A stretch of 64,000 nt of DNA from Eledone cirrhosa (Eukaryota), in NCBI GenBank assembly GCA_964016885.1, contig OZ024745.1:47244001-47308000 (forward strand), in the 5' to 3' direction. The translations under genes and the position numbers were made by a program. The notes below the pieces were generated by a model. It did not search any database. It was not told the DNA's origin and was given only the letters and a program-made list of their open reading frames with translations. Shown here one piece after another: positions 12,453-26,179 of this stretch; the stretch's first letter is position 1, and each line of letters opens with the position of its first letter.

Positions 12453-14307
12453 ATGCTCTAGATAGGGGAAACTATAGAGGCATTAAGTTAATTGACCAGG
12501 TCATGAAGGTCACAGAAAGAGTTATAGCGCAACTAATCAGATAGCGAATTGATTTAGATGAAATGCAGTTTGGGTTTGTGTCAGGTAAAAGTACCACAGA
12601 CGCTCTTTTCCTTGTACGACAACTACAAGAGAAGTACCTAGCTAAAAGTAAACCCCTCTACTTAGCATTTGTAGACCTGGAAAAAGCCTTTGACAGAGTA
12701 CCCCGCTCCATTATCTGGTGGGCTCTTAGAAAACTAGGTGTAGATGAATGGCTTGTTAGAGCTATACAAGCTATGTATAAAGAAACAGTCAGTAAGGTTA
12801 GAATAACAATGAATATTGTGAAGAATTTAGTGTAAAAGTTGGTGTTCATCAAGGCTCTGTCCTTAACCTCCTCCTATTTATTATTGCCCTTCAGGCTATA
12901 ACAGAGGAGTTTAAGACCAGCTGCCCATGGGAACTCCTATATGCAGATGATCTAATGCTCATAGCTGAATCTATGGCTGAACTAGAGAAGAAATTCCAAA
13001 CATGGAAGCATGGCCTAGAATCAAAAGGCCTTAAAGTTAACTTGTCTAAGACTAAAGTTCTAGTTTGTAGAAAGGAAAATAGGGCACAGGTGCCCTCAGG
13101 GAAATGGCCATGCTCAGTGTGTAGGGAAGGAGTAGGCAGAAATTCCATTTTATGTCCCAAATGCAAACTATGGGTACATAAAAGATGTAGTGGGATCACA
13201 GGTAAACTATGTAAGAACGTAGATTTAATATGTGGCCGATGCTCAGGTGCAATAAGTAGCAAGTGCCCACAGGATACTAGCTCTTTCTATTGCCCAGATG
13301 GTTCTATAGAAATAGTGGACACTTTCCGTTACCTGGGTGACAAAATCAGCAGAGGTGGAGCGTGCTCTGAAAGTACAGTAGCCAGAGTCAGAATGGGATG
13401 GAAAAAGTTCAGAGAGCTTATACTGCTGTTGGCCACAAAAGGTTTCTCTCTGAAAATGAAAGGCAGATTGTATGATGCCTGTATACGAACAGCAATGCTA
13501 CATGGCAGTAAGACATGGGCATTGCGTGCAGAGGGCCTGCGCAGACTGGAAAGGAATGAAGCATGCATGCTCCGTTGGATGTGTAATAGTAATACACGTG
13601 AAAGGCAAAGCATAAATGAACTAAGTGAGAAATTAGGAATAAGAGGGATCAGATGCTGTTTACTTGAGAGAAGACTATGTTGGTATGGTCATGTGATGTG
13701 CATGAAAGACGACAGCTGTATAAAAAAAAGTGCAGGGCGATCAAAATTGATGGTAGTTATGGAGTAGGTAGACCAAGAGAAACCTGGGACGACTTGATAA
13801 AATCCGACCTCACACACTTGCACCTCTCCAAGACAATGTCACTGGACCGAGATCTTTGGCATTACACAGTAATACAGAAAACCCGCCTTGCCTATGTACA
13901 AAGCGAAACCTACAGTCGGTAGGCAACTCTTAACCAAATATACACCCCAATCCACTACCCCTACCCTATCCTCCCACTAACACCACCCTCTCTCTGTAAA
14001 GTTGGTACCACAATATCCAGTCTAAATAAATGAGATATTGAGATCGAGATCGTGTAGGTGTCACGAGAAAAAAAACACACAGTCCACGCTGTAATGTGGC
14101 CGTGTAGGTAACACGGTAAAAAGTTCCCAGTTCCACACTGTAAATGTGGTTAGGAAGGGCATCCAGCCATAGAAAACCTGCCAGATAGTCCTATATGAGC
14201 GAGACAATGTCACCCGACCAACCTTGCCTCAAGTGGGACAACTCCCATCTAACCCATGCTAGCGAGGAAGATGGACATTAAACGAAGATGATGATGATGA
14301 TGATGAT
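12453..14307 (+). mobile_element. RTE LINE family C, 5'-truncated, RT pseudogene
   Basis: Motifs QFGFVSGKSTTDA, FVDLEKAFDRVPR, GVHQGSVL, LYADDL, Cys-rich insert, FRYLGD and WYGHV. Has frameshifts and a (GAT)n tail. Confidence 0.92.
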
Positions 14308-14634
14308 TCGTTCCAGTAAATAGTTATTTCTCAAAATTTACTGATACATTTAATCCTGTATGTCATTTGCTGAACATTTATGTAATTATATTCTAGAAAT
14401 ATATTATGAAATTATCATTATCTTTAATCTCTTCCACAGGTCAGTAATCAACATAAACTATAGGGTTTCTCTTATGTAAACCATTAATTTATCAAAAGGC
14501 AAATTTCCTAGTTTGTATGATTGTTCATGTATTTGGTAATCTTGTTATTTGTGACATACCAATCCTTGACTCCAAAAATGAATTACATTCAATGTTATTC
14601 CTATTATTATTGATGGCATAGGTCCACTAGTAAA

Positions 14635-14860
14635 TAATAATCCTTTTTAATATTAGCACAAGGCCAGCAATTCGGAAGAAAGGCAGAGTTGATTAAATCA
14701 ACCCCAGCACTTGACTGGTACTTTATTTTAACAACCCCAGGAGGATGAAACGCAGTGTTGATCTCAGTGAGATTTAAATTCAGAATCTAAAGAGCCAGAA
14801 AAAATACTTTTAAGCATTTGTACAATACTCTAACAACTCTGCCAATTCACTGCCCTTCCA
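14635..14860 (-). mobile_element. Meta-domain-type tRNA SINE
   Basis: Same motif set as 30177-30400, on the opposite strand. Confidence 0.7.
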
Positions 14861-15223
14861 CTAGTAAATAATGATAGTATCATTTTCAAAATCTTTCTCT
14901 GTAGTGGTATTGTATTTTTTCTTTAAAAAAAAAATCATTCTTGAAATCAAAACACTTTATGTCTCACATTTTCAAAATATAAAATTTTGGCAAAGTTCCA
15001 ACACTTTGATTTTTTTAACATAGCTAGCTAAGTTAACCTGATGCTTAGCTTTCTGCTTAACTTCTTAGATATAATTCCTGGTTATGTGCTTAAGTTCTTT
15101 GACACCCTCCAAATCTGTTTTTTATTTTATATAATTTTATTCATCTCCTACTCTGTGTTCCATTAACACGTTAACTACTGTTTGACTGAGTCAATGCATT
15201 ATATATATATATATATATATATA

Positions 15224-15312
15224 CAATGTCCCCCCAAAATGTATACACACTTTGATTACCTGTACAGGCAATATTTATTAGAATGATGAATACATTTTTG
15301 GGGGGCACCCTG
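15224..15312. mobile_element. Tc1/mariner-type MITE (~90 bp)
   Basis: TA-CAATGTCCCCCCAAAATGTAT...ATACATTTTTGGGGGGCACCCTG-TA. Imperfect TIRs with TA flanks. Confidence 0.65.
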
Positions 15313-16179
15313 TATATATGTATATATATATATATATGCGTGTGTGTGTATTTGTGTGTCTGTATGCATGTATGTACGTATGTATGTATACACACATGCA
15401 TACATACATTACTAATGTGCTACTGAATATACTGATATGCAAATGTGTAAAATCAGTGCTTTATTTCTCTTTAGGATAAAGAAAGTAGAAACACTTGATG
15501 AAGCTGGCAATAGCCAGGTGAATTTAGTCAAGCTCTTCTGGACAAATTTCCAAATGTCTTTGGCCTGGTCATGCTATAGAATAACATTGTCTGTTCAGGA
15601 CATGTTCCACAGACACAGAAATATCTGCAGCTAGACTTGTCCGAGATGTGTTCAGAGCTGGCACATTGCCAATGGAAAGGGGAGGGAACTGGATGACAAT
15701 GCTCTCCAACATTTTTCAATATTTTTCAGATTTAGAAAAGAGAGTTTATATTTTTTTAAAAATCATCCTGAAATATGTTCATTATGAAAGAGTGTTTACC
15801 CAGAATATCTTCCCCCTCCCTCCTCCATTCATTGCCACCCTGAACATCTAAGCCTAGCCACAGGCCTGGTGTAGGGCAATGAAACTATTCACTCATTTAG
15901 TGTCCATTCATTGCCAACTTGTGGGATTATGTCAAGCAGCTGCTATCACATGTAAGACAAATCTGTTTATTCCACATAAGTCAGATCCATCTTTCCAGGT
16001 CTATTCTGAAAACTGATCCATCATATAATCAAAGTAGGCCCAACCTCATCCTTCTTGTTGCTCTCCTTTCAGAAAACAGCATGGAAAGTTAAATCCTCAT
16101 TAACTTAAAAAGAAGGGTGAAGGTACAATGGGAGGTACTGCCTTCCATTATGTTTTATGGAATATAGGTAATGCCATGT

Positions 16180-16445
16180 GGAGGAGCGTGGCCTAGTGGT
16201 AAAGGTGTTGAACTTACAATCATAATGTTGTGGGTTTGATTCCAGGGCTGGGTTGCATGTTGTATTCTTGAGCAAAACACTTCATTTCACATTGCTCCAG
16301 TATACTCAGCGGAAAATGTGTAACAGCAATAGCTGGGAGTTTAACCCTGCAATGGACTGGCATCCCATCCAGAGGAGTCTTGTACTCTCAGTTGCTTCAT
16401 GCTATGAAAACGGGATAAGTGCTGGCCTAACAAGCCTTCTGTCTT
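16180..16445 (+). mobile_element. tRNA SINE with CORE-like and V-domain-like segments
   Basis: A box GTGGCCTAGTGGT, B box GGTTTGATTCC, CORE-like CTTGAGCAAAACACTT..CCAGTATACTCAGC, then AACCCTGCAATGGACTGGCATCCCATCCAG. Confidence 0.65.
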
Positions 16446-16931
16446 AAAACAGACTTTAGACTTAGAGGTGAGACCAGGAAGATTGAAGAAGCTATTGTAA
16501 ATGGGCTGACTGTGATTATACAACTGTAAACAGGAGGCAAGAAAATAGGAGAAGGCTAAATTATTGACAATGTTTTTCTAAAATATCTACAGTTACTAAG
16601 TCTTTACATACTTTTCATTAATTTGAAGGCATATATTTACTATATACACCCCAAAATATTATATATGCACATATATTATACTCTGTACCTTCTGTATCAT
16701 GGTTTAAAAACCTAGAACTATCTCTATTTGTGTCTTATATATATTGTAAGTAACACTTTAAAATCAATCAACTATCCATTCTTATTTTTCTCTTACTTGT
16801 GCAGCTGTTACTATGAAAGCAAACTTTTTGTATGTGTATCTGTTTGATCTAACACTATATATATTATTTTAAAGTTGACATTTAAATTTCTGTGGTGTTT
16901 CTTCTTTCTTTCTTTTTTCCATTTAGGATTG

Positions 16932-17155
16932 ACGTCATGCAGTAATACAGAGTGTAGGCGCCACGGAAAAAGCACCCAGCACTCACTGTAAATGAGGTTG
17001 GTGTTAGGAAAGGCATCCAGCTGTAGAAATCAAGCCAGAATCAGTTCCTGTATGAGCAAGGCATGGTCAGCCGACCAGACACTGCCCACAACAGGACAAC
17101 CTGTCTAACCCATGTTAGCATGGAAGAACGGACGTAAAACGGTGATGATGATGAT
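16932..17155 (+). mobile_element. RTE family A 3' end with internal deletion
   Basis: GCAGTAATACAGAGT is joined directly to GTAGGCGCCACGG. (GAT)n tail. Confidence 0.8.
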
Positions 17156-17230
17156 TAATCCAGAGTTGATTTTCTTTTCTTTAAAATGCTTTACAAACAA
17201 AGATATAATCACAAAATTATCTCTTTTTAT

Positions 17231-17443
17231 TTAACTCTTTTGATAACAAACTCCTTGAAACCTGCCCTGGTTCTATGATATAAAATTGTTTGTGTTTATA
17301 TTTATTTTAAATACCTTTCATTATAATTTTATTTAAAGCTTTTGTTAAATTATGTTCCAAATACCAAAAAAGTTCAAGTTTTTAATTATTTAACAACTTA
17401 TTTAAAAATCATAGACAGTGTCTTATGCTAATGAAAGGGTTAA
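17231..17443. mobile_element. piggyBac-like MITE
   Basis: TTAA-CTCTTT...AAAGGG-TTAA. A related left end is at ~5300. Confidence 0.5.
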
Positions 17444-17639
17444 TAAACATTTACTGTTTGTTTATGTTTTGTAACTTAATGGTTCAACAAGAAGAGATTG
17501 ATAAAATAAGGACCAGCTTTAAACAATAAGTACTGGGATCAATTCAATCTAATAAATCCTTTTAAGGTGGTGCTCGAGCATGAAACCAGTGAAAGAATAG
17601 AATAAAAGAAAAAAACAAACAAAACAAATAAATTCCTTA

Positions 17640-17845
17640 AATATTAATTTCTAGTTTAGACACAAGGCCAGTAAATTTTGAGGTAAGGGCAAAGTTGATT
17701 AAATCGACCCCAGCATTTGACTGGTACTTCATTTTATTAAACTTTGAAGGATGAAAAGCAGAGTTAACTTCAGCAGGATTAGATCTCAGAACATACTGCA
17801 ATAACATTTTATCTAATGCTCTACAAATCCTGCCAATCCTCCACA
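17640..17845 (-). mobile_element. Meta-domain-type tRNA SINE
   Basis: Same family motifs as 30177-30400. Confidence 0.7.
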
Positions 17846-18059
17846 CTCAATTCCTTAGATTTTATTGCTGAAATTTTAAATATATGCTGCATAATGTTTA
17901 CATTCTCTCTCTAGTTTTTTTTAGCAAATTAACCAGTGACTCAGATATTTCCCAAACCTGAGAAGAATAAGTAAATGATTTCAGAATAAAAAAATAAAAT
18001 ATAATATTGAGGAACACCTGTACAATGTGAAATCTAAAACTGTTGTTTTATTTACTAGA

Positions 18060-20952
18060 CATCATCATCATCATCATCACTGTTTTACGTCCGTTCTTCC
18101 ATGCTAGCATGGGTTAGACGGGTTGTCCTGTTGTGAGCAGTGTCTGGTTGGCTGACCATGCCTTGCTCATACAGGAACTGATTTTGGCTTGATTTTTACA
18201 GCTGGATGCCCTTCCTAACACCAACCTCTTTTACAGTGAGTGCAGGGTGCTTTTTCTGTGGCGCCTAGACATCCACTTTACAGTGTGGGCTGGGTGGTTT
18301 TTTGCCGTGGCACCACCAGGACCACTTTGCAGTGGGAGGGTGTGGGGCATATTGTCTATATGCTTCAGCTTGTACCCATAGTAGGTCGAGTACTCTGTAT
18401 TACTGTGTGACGCCAGAGGTCACGGTTGTGTGTCATCGCCTTTGAGAGGTGTAATTGGGTAAGGTCGGCTTTTATCACCTCATCCCTGGTCATCTTGGGT
18501 CTCCCCACTCCGCGGTTTCCATCAACTTCTAGTGCTCTGCACCTTTTTATGCAGCTGTCATCATTCATACGCATCACATGTCCATACCAGCGCAACCGCC
18601 TCTCCTGCACACAGCATTTGATTTCTCTTATGTTCAGTCTCTCTCTCAATTCATTTATGCTTTGTCGTTTGCGTATAGTACTATTACACATCCATCGGAG
18701 CATGCAGGCTTCGTTTCTTTCTAATCTATGTAAGTCTTCCACCTTCAGCGTCCAGGTCTCACTACCATGTAACATTACTGTTCGGATATACGCATCATAC
18801 AATCTGCCTTTCATTTTGAAGGAGAAGCCTTTTGCAGCTAGCAGTGGCAGTAGTTCTCTGAACTTCTTCCATCCCGTTCTTACCCTAGTTATTGTACTTT
18901 CTGAACACCCACCTCCGCTGCTAATTCGGTCACCTAGGTAGCAGCAGCTGTCTACTGTTTCTACAGAGCCCTCCCAGGGATTGGTGGTACTTGTTTCCTG
19001 TGGCTGTTTGCTGCTTGCTGTCCCAGCACAGCTGCTGCATGTGAAGCCTATATTCTTAATTAAGCTTCCTGAGATCCCGCTACATGTCTTGTGTACCCAT
19101 TGTTTGCATTTGGGGCAGAGAATGGAGTTCCTACCTACACCTTTCCTACATACTGAGCAAGGCCATTTCCCTGAGGGGATCTGGGTTCTGTTTTCTCGTC
19201 TACTTACAAGGACCTTAGTCTTTGTCATGTTGACTTTGATACCCTTTCTTTCTAGTCCCTGCTTCCAAGTTTGGAATTTCTTCTCTAGTTCTACCATAGA
19301 TTCAGCTATAAGTGCGAGGACATCAGCATACAGGAGTTCCCATGGGCATCCAGTCTTAAACTCCTCCGTTATTGCCTGCAGGACTATGATGAACAGGAGA
19401 AGGCTAAGAACAGAGCCCTGGTGGACACCAACCTGTATGCTAAATTCCTCGCTATACTCATTGCTAATCCTAACTTTGCTGACAGCTCCCCTATACATGG
19501 CTTGTACAGCTTTCACAAGCCATTCATCTACTCCTAGTTTTCTAAGAGCCCACCAGATTACAGCACGTGGAACTCTTCAAAGGCTTTCTCGAGATCAACG
19601 AATGCCAGGTAGAGTGGCTTACTTTTAGCTAGGTACTTTTCCTGTAACTGCCTCACAAGGAAGAGGGCATCAGTGGTGCTTCTTCCTGGTAGAAACCCAA
19701 ATTGCATCTCATCTATTTTCACCCGGTCCCTAATCAACTTTCATGACCTGGTTCATCAGCTTTATACCTCTATAGTTTCCTCTATCTAGTGCTTCACCTT
19801 TACCTTTGTAGCAGTTAACAATGATGCTACTGCACCAATCTTTTGGTATGACACCTTCTAGTATTACCTGGTTAACAATACGTGTGGTTATAGTGTGACC
19901 TACAGACCCAGATGCCTTCAGCATCTCGGCAGCTATACCCGATGGACTGGTTGCCTTTCCCATCTTCATATCTTTGATTGCCTTACTTACTACGCTGCTG
20001 CTGACTTGTACTGCTGGCCCCTCTATAGGGTCTATTTGGGGTAGGGTCTCTTCTTCCCATGCATTCTCCTCATTTAGTAATCTATCATAATGGCTCTTCC
20101 ATGCATCTTTCTTCTCAGCACTTGTGAGGGCAAGCTCACCTTTATCATTCCAGATACACTTCTCTCCAATGACATCACAATTCTCTCTGACACACTGCCT
20201 CGCAATCTTGAACACCTCCTGTTTCTGGTCCTCACGTTGCAAAACATGCTTGAATTTTCTATCCTCTGCTTCCCTCCTAGCTAAGTATACTTGTCGCCTA
20301 GCTTCCCTCTTGGTCTCTATGTAATGTACCCTGCTCCCCCCGTTCTTCCATTCTTTCCATGCCTGTCTCTTGGCCTTAACTGCCTCATCTACCTTATTGT
20401 TCCACCACCAAGTCACTCTTCTCCTGCTTGTGGTCTTACTCCAGCCACAGACCTCATCCGTCGCCTCTAGTAAGTTATTTTTTAGGAACTCCCAGTTCTC
20501 TTCTACATTGAATGTCTCTATCTGTTCTTCTTTACTGTCGTAGGCGTTGAGTAAAATGTCTTTAAATCTATTACTAGCTGAGGGGTCTTTCAGCTTCCAG
20601 ATCTTTCTTCTCCAGGTTGGCCTCTGTTTACAGGTTCATCTAATTCTGACCGTGAGGTCGCTGACAACTAAGCTATATTGGGAGGTACATTCCTCACTAG
20701 GGTAGGGTAGGCTTTTGTGTTTACGACCGTCCATCTGTCACTCCTCTGATGAGGATAAAATCTAACTGACTAGAATGCTCCCTGATCTATAGGTGATCAG
20801 GTGGTTGTCGGGTTTTTTTAAGTTTGTGTTACATATCGACATGTCATTGGCGTTGCAGAATTCTAGAAGTCTGAATCCTTCTTCATTTCTTGTGCCAACC
20901 CTGTGGCCTACATGGACTCTATTGAAGCCGTCACTGTGTTTACTTACGTGTC
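18060..20952 (-). mobile_element. RTE LINE family A, long 5'-truncated copy (APE C-terminal part + RT), pseudogene
   Basis: APE motifs RNEEGFRLLEFC, ICNT and TYRSGEHSSQLDFIL, then WWWNNKV, NYRGIKL, GVHQGSVL, LYADV, YLGD and [11 protein letters not shown]. Has frameshifts and a (GAT)n tail. Confidence 0.93.
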
Positions 20953-20999
20953 TATAGTATTATAGGAAATTGAAAGACATAGCAAATAACAACAGCAAC

Positions 21000-21000
<1 letters not shown>

Positions 21001-21031
<31 letters not shown>

Positions 21032-21462
21032 TTTCATTTATTGGCCACAAGGGCCGACATATAGGGGACAATACAAAATACTGGGACAGTGGGGTTTTAC
21101 AGAAAAATCGAGTAAACAATATGAATAACAATAACAAAGTAACAAGAAAAATACAACAAGAAAAATTCCGCAATAGGGGGGATGACCACCAAGGGTTTGC
21201 TCAGGTACCCCACCAATCCTTAACAACCCGACGCTTCGAGAGCACCCTGGAAGGGCACCCCTCTCCTCCTCAAATTTACCCACTTACACCACATGACCAG
21301 AGTAGGCTCACTCACACGGGCCATCCTCGCCACATTCACCCACCTTTCAGCAAATGTACTGGGGGGGGGGGGGGGGGCAGCACTTTTCTCTCCATCCTCA
21401 CCTTCCTTTCCAAGTGAAACTTGAAAAAGTTGATGAGGGATTGGCTGAAGAGAAAAGTTTTT
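21001..21462 (-). mobile_element. LINE 3' end, Tx1/L1-like, copy 1
   Basis: Minus strand has FHLERKVRMERKVL..FAERWVNVARMARV, then a 3' UTR with AATAAA and a (TAT)n tail. Paralogous to 23078-23722. Confidence 0.6.
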
Positions 21463-21675
21463 GATTTAGACACAAGGGCAGCAATTTGAAGGAAAGGGGA
21501 AAGTCAATTAAATTAACCTAGTGTGTTACTGGTATTTTATTTTATCACCCCCAAAAGGATGAAAGGCAAAGCCAACCTCAGCATGATTTGAATTTAGAAT
21601 GTAACAGACTGTAACTATATGCTACAAAGCATGATGTCTGATGCTCTACCAATTCTGCCAAACTGCCACCTTTAT
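21463..21675 (-). mobile_element. Meta-domain-type tRNA SINE
   Basis: Same family motifs as 30177-30400. Confidence 0.7.
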
Positions 21676-21692
21676 AATAGTAATAATAATAT

Positions 21693-23075
21693 ATCTATCT
21701 ATCTATCTAGGGCGAGTAAAATTCCCGAGATCCATGGATGAGTTCTCTCCAGCGGTCTCTGTCCCTCATTATCACTGCCATGTCCTGCGTCTCCAACAGA
21801 CCAGTGTCTGTCCTTAGGGCATCAACATACGTTAACCTTGGTCTTCCTCTTCCAGTGTGTCCATGTAGGGGCTCCCACAAGAGCACTGAGTGCAATGGCA
21901 ACACTGGATGTCAGTGAACATGTCCAGCTAACCTCAGTCTCCTCTGTGTCACTTTTGAGCTGACTTTTGGGAGGCTCCCATACAGCTCTGAGCTTTTCAT
22001 CCTCAGTGTATACTGATTAATGTTCAGAGCCATCCTCAGCATTCTTGTGTAGCACCCATCCATCATCTGAGTGAGTTTCTTGGTCAGTGTCCAAGTCTCA
22101 GACCCGTACAGCAGCACAGACTCCACTACAGCAATGAAGAGGTGGATTTTCAGGTCTTTACGAAGGCCCGACTTCCACACCAATCTCTCTCAAGTTGTGC
22201 CATGCCACCCAGGCTTTGCTCTTCCTCTCAACCACATCATCTTCCATATTCCCAATCTTTGCTACCAAATACAGGAAGTCTTCAACCAATTCTAGCGGCT
22301 TCCCGCCTACATTAGTGATCCCCTCTGGCTTCTCAACATTCTCTACCAGATATTTTGTTTTAGTCTCATTAATTCTCAGCCCCACACTCATCGACACAGT
22401 CTCAACCTCCTGCATAAAATCCTCTGCCTCCTTCACTGTATTTGTCACCAAAACTGTCGTCGGCAAATTCAGCATCTGATATCTTTTTCACCTTAACTCT
22501 CCTGCTCTGAGCTGGTGCTACAGTAAAGCGAGAGTCCTGGTGTTTTTCCAGTGCAAGGCACATACAATAGTCCACTACGATGATATAAAGGTAGGGAGCC
22601 AATGTATCTCCCTGGAGCACTCCTGCCAGTATCTCAAAGAACTCTGTCATCCCATCAGGTGTAATGACTTGGGATTTGGTGTTGGTGTAGAGCAGTGATA
22701 TCAGGTCCACTATCTTCTTGGGGATTCCATAAGCCTATAAGATCTTCATCATGCAGTGACGGTCCACAGAATCAAAGGCCTTCCTAAAGTCAATGAAAAC
22801 AATGACTGCAGGAAGGCACTTCACCAATGCAGTGGCGAGTGAGACCCTGGTGCCGAGGAGAAAGAACAAAAGGAAGCACGTCAGCTCTGCAGACCCAAAA
22901 GTGTGTGCAGCCAGAGAACACCTGAAAGCTGCCAAGGACCAATTCTATACTGACCCTACGGAGGAGAGGATGGAGACTGTGGAGGTGATGAGGGAAGAAC
23001 TCTGTACCGCTTACACTGAGGCCAGAGAGGAGGCACTGATAGAAAAGATCAGAAGTGTGGAGAAAGCGGTTGACA
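21693..23075 (-). mobile_element. RTEX-like LINE with (GATA)n tail and an inverted 5' segment (22825-23075 on +)
   Basis: Minus strand has FIDFRKAFDS, GVLQGDTLAPYL, EFADD, VESVLLYGSETWTL and LLWEPLHG..RGRP. The plus-strand piece encodes a helical stretch resembling the APE-RT linker. Confidence 0.8.
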
Positions 23076-23077
23076 CA

Positions 23078-23722
23078 AGGCCACAAGGGCCTACAAATAG
23101 GGGACAATACAAAAAGACAGGGTTGGGTGGGGGTTACAAAAAACAAGTAAAAAAATAAGTACAACAATAACAATAAACAATAAAAATACAAACAACAGAA
23201 CTCCCCTATAAGAGGGAGAACCACCCAGGGAGCGCTTAGGTACCCCACCAATCCTGAATCAACCAATGCTTTGAGAGCATCCAGGAAGGGCACCCTTCTT
23301 CTCCTCGAATCAACCAGCCTACAGCACATGCGAATAGGCCATTCTCGCCACATTCACCCACCTTTTTACAAATGTACTGTGTGTGGGGGAGAGGAATGGG
23401 TTTCGCCAAGCTTAAAAATGCCCAGGAAACGCTGTATGTCAATACAGCGCTCCTACGACTCTATCAGGATTTACGGAACCATACATAGTGGGGGGGGGGG
23501 GGGGGCAGCACTTCTCTCTCCACCTTCACTTTCCTTTCTAAGTGAAACTTGAAAAGGTTGATGAGGGATTGACCAAAGAGAAAAGTGTCTGTCTTCAGTC
23601 CTTTCAACCTGGTTCACCACACATCCCCTTTTGTCAAGGTCACCAGACAGAAGAAAACTGCCTGTCCTTCCCAGCCAAAAGAAAGCAGCAGAGATGGTGG
23701 TGGTGGTAACGCTACCAAATTT
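23078..23722 (-). mobile_element. LINE 3' end, Tx1/L1-like, copy 2 (with ~110-bp insert)
   Basis: Paralog of 21030-21462. Extends to TRLKGLKTDTFLFGQSLINLFKFHL. Confidence 0.6.
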
Positions 23723-23814
23723 CAAAATCCGTTCCTCATCCCATTAAATATTAGAAACATTTTCTTTATTTCCAAGATGGACACAGAAGATAAGATAAAA
23801 GTGTTTTCCAAAGA

Positions 23815-23845
<31 letters not shown>

Positions 23846-26179
23846 CGTATCTATATAATTCATTTATACATTCATTTCTATTTTGGCTCATTAGGCAGAG
23901 TCATCAGGGCAAATCAATGTAAAGCTAATCTAAAATGTCATCCATGATTGTAAAACCAACTAAAGTTCATTCTTCTGATTTTAAAAGAAATCAGTAAAAG
24001 AATAGAAGAGCAACTGAGATTGAACAGGCAGACTAACTGACACACAGTACTTTTGGTACTTGTAAACAAATGACATGACCACCACTCCTGTGTTAGTAAC
24101 ACCTCTTTGATGTAGCATTTTAACATGTTTTTCACCACCATCACCAGCAGGAGTAGCAGCAGCCTTCACATATTCTCCGTATTCACTGCCCATGTCTCAC
24201 TATCATATAACATTGCACATTGCACACAGGCAACATGTAGTCAGCCTTTTATTGAAAGAGAGAAACCTTTTGTTTTCGACATTAGAACTCACTTTTAATC
24301 ATAGAAAACTAGTCCTGTGTTAGACCTTGGTACTCAGGGGTGAGAGATTAATAACATTCTGGTTGGGTACTCTAATTCTCAGTGTGGAATGAGAATACTA
24401 GGAGAACTTGACAACAGTGTTGTCTGTAATATGTTGCTACATAGAGTTTTAGTTTCTTAGGTTGACAGGATTGCTCAAATGATATATTTCATGATATAGA
24501 AATTAACTGTGCAAATTCAAAAAACATGTTTATAATGTAATATCATATTTATTTCTAAATTTATTTTTTTCATTTAACAAGATTGAAGTTTGAAAATTCT
24601 TAAAGTAATTTAATGAAGAACTGTCTCTCTGTTCATAAGTTTTTAATTATTTTTATCTATTTCTTTTTTGTTTTGTTTTTTAAATGCCTAGTTTGTTATT
24701 TATGCAACCTGTCCAACCCATGCTAGTAGGAAAAAACAAATGTTAAATGATGATGATGATGATGATGATGATGATCGTGATGGTGATCATCACCATCACT
24801 ACCATGGTCGTCGTCATCATCATGATGTCACTTGAAATTGACACATGTCTAATGGAATTAAACTATACTGTAATGGAATATATTTTAGCACCTTATTTGT
24901 GAGGACTTTGAAAATCAGCAAAATATTGACCTCAATTATAAGCCAACCTCCCATTTTACCACAAGTTTTTTTTCTCAAATATTTCTAGGCTTATATACAA
25001 GTATATACAGTAAGTGATTTTGATAGGAACTGGTGAGAGAATATAAACTATTTAATCCTTTATCAGTAGACTAACACTCTAACAGTTTAGATGTAACTTC
25101 CATCTCATGGTAAGTTGTGATTTATCCTAGAATACAGATGGCCAGTAAGCTTAGTGATAGATCGTAGATAACTGATTAATTAAAGCCGAGAATCTAAAAT
25201 TTAAATATTGTGATGGTTGATGAAACTTTTTAATAACTCCCAAATCAATAAAACAGGTATTAGTACTATAATTGGTTATGTAATAAAACATCTGGACTGT
25301 TGTGTTTGTAGAGTGGTCTAAATATTTCTTTTGGGAATTGATTGTTGATCTGGATTTCAACTTATGATAGCATAGAGAAACAAATGTAAAACGATGATTA
25401 TGATGATAATGATGAAAAAAGATCCACAACATATTGAAGGTGAAAAACAAAATAAAAAAAAAGAACTCAAACCCAGTAAGAATAAATTCTTACAGTTGTA
25501 TCATTTTATCACCATTTGTGCTTGCAGCAAAGAATGTTTGTTAACATGTATGTATAGATATACAAATTCTCTCACGAAATAAAAATTTGCACATATGAAT
25601 AGACAGAACATACAGATATATACACATACATGCAAAAACACACAAAGATGCACAAACATAAAGTAAATTAAAAGGATCTCCATTTTGATTGATTGTGATC
25701 TAAGCTGTAGTTGCTGGATGATTTTTCACTAGTTGAATTCTCTTCAATAAGATAAGTGGAATATCATAAAAGTTTCAGATAACACATGGCCTCCAGTTAT
25801 AAGGTCATAAAAGAGATATAACAATCAATAAACACAGAATTGGATGAATATTAACCAGAAAATATGGTTTCCATTGACACCTAGCAATCACACCAATTTT
25901 AGTACATTATAGTACTGGATTTCGCAATTTTGAGAGATCTGCATATTGTTGGAACTTGTACTGTAAAAACGTTGAATTATGAAATTAAATTAAACCTATT
26001 TTCAACTGAACAAATGTATGGAACCTTGTCTAAGGATATAACACAATGGTTGTAATATTTAATAACATGTGGTTACTTTCAAAGTAAATGACAATTTTAG
26101 ATACCATTACGTTTGCAAAATGTTTGATTCTATGCAACACAACTGAAACTGGTTCCTAATTTCTGACGCTGGTTTATAT

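Noticed and set aside
23875-23912. Minus-strand CTGATGA-CTC..GAG hammerhead-like core
   Set aside because: No GAAA directly after stem II and no stem I or III.
23981-24193. ORF MGSEYGEYVK... as a host exon
   Set aside because: No recognisable homology and no convincing splice sites.
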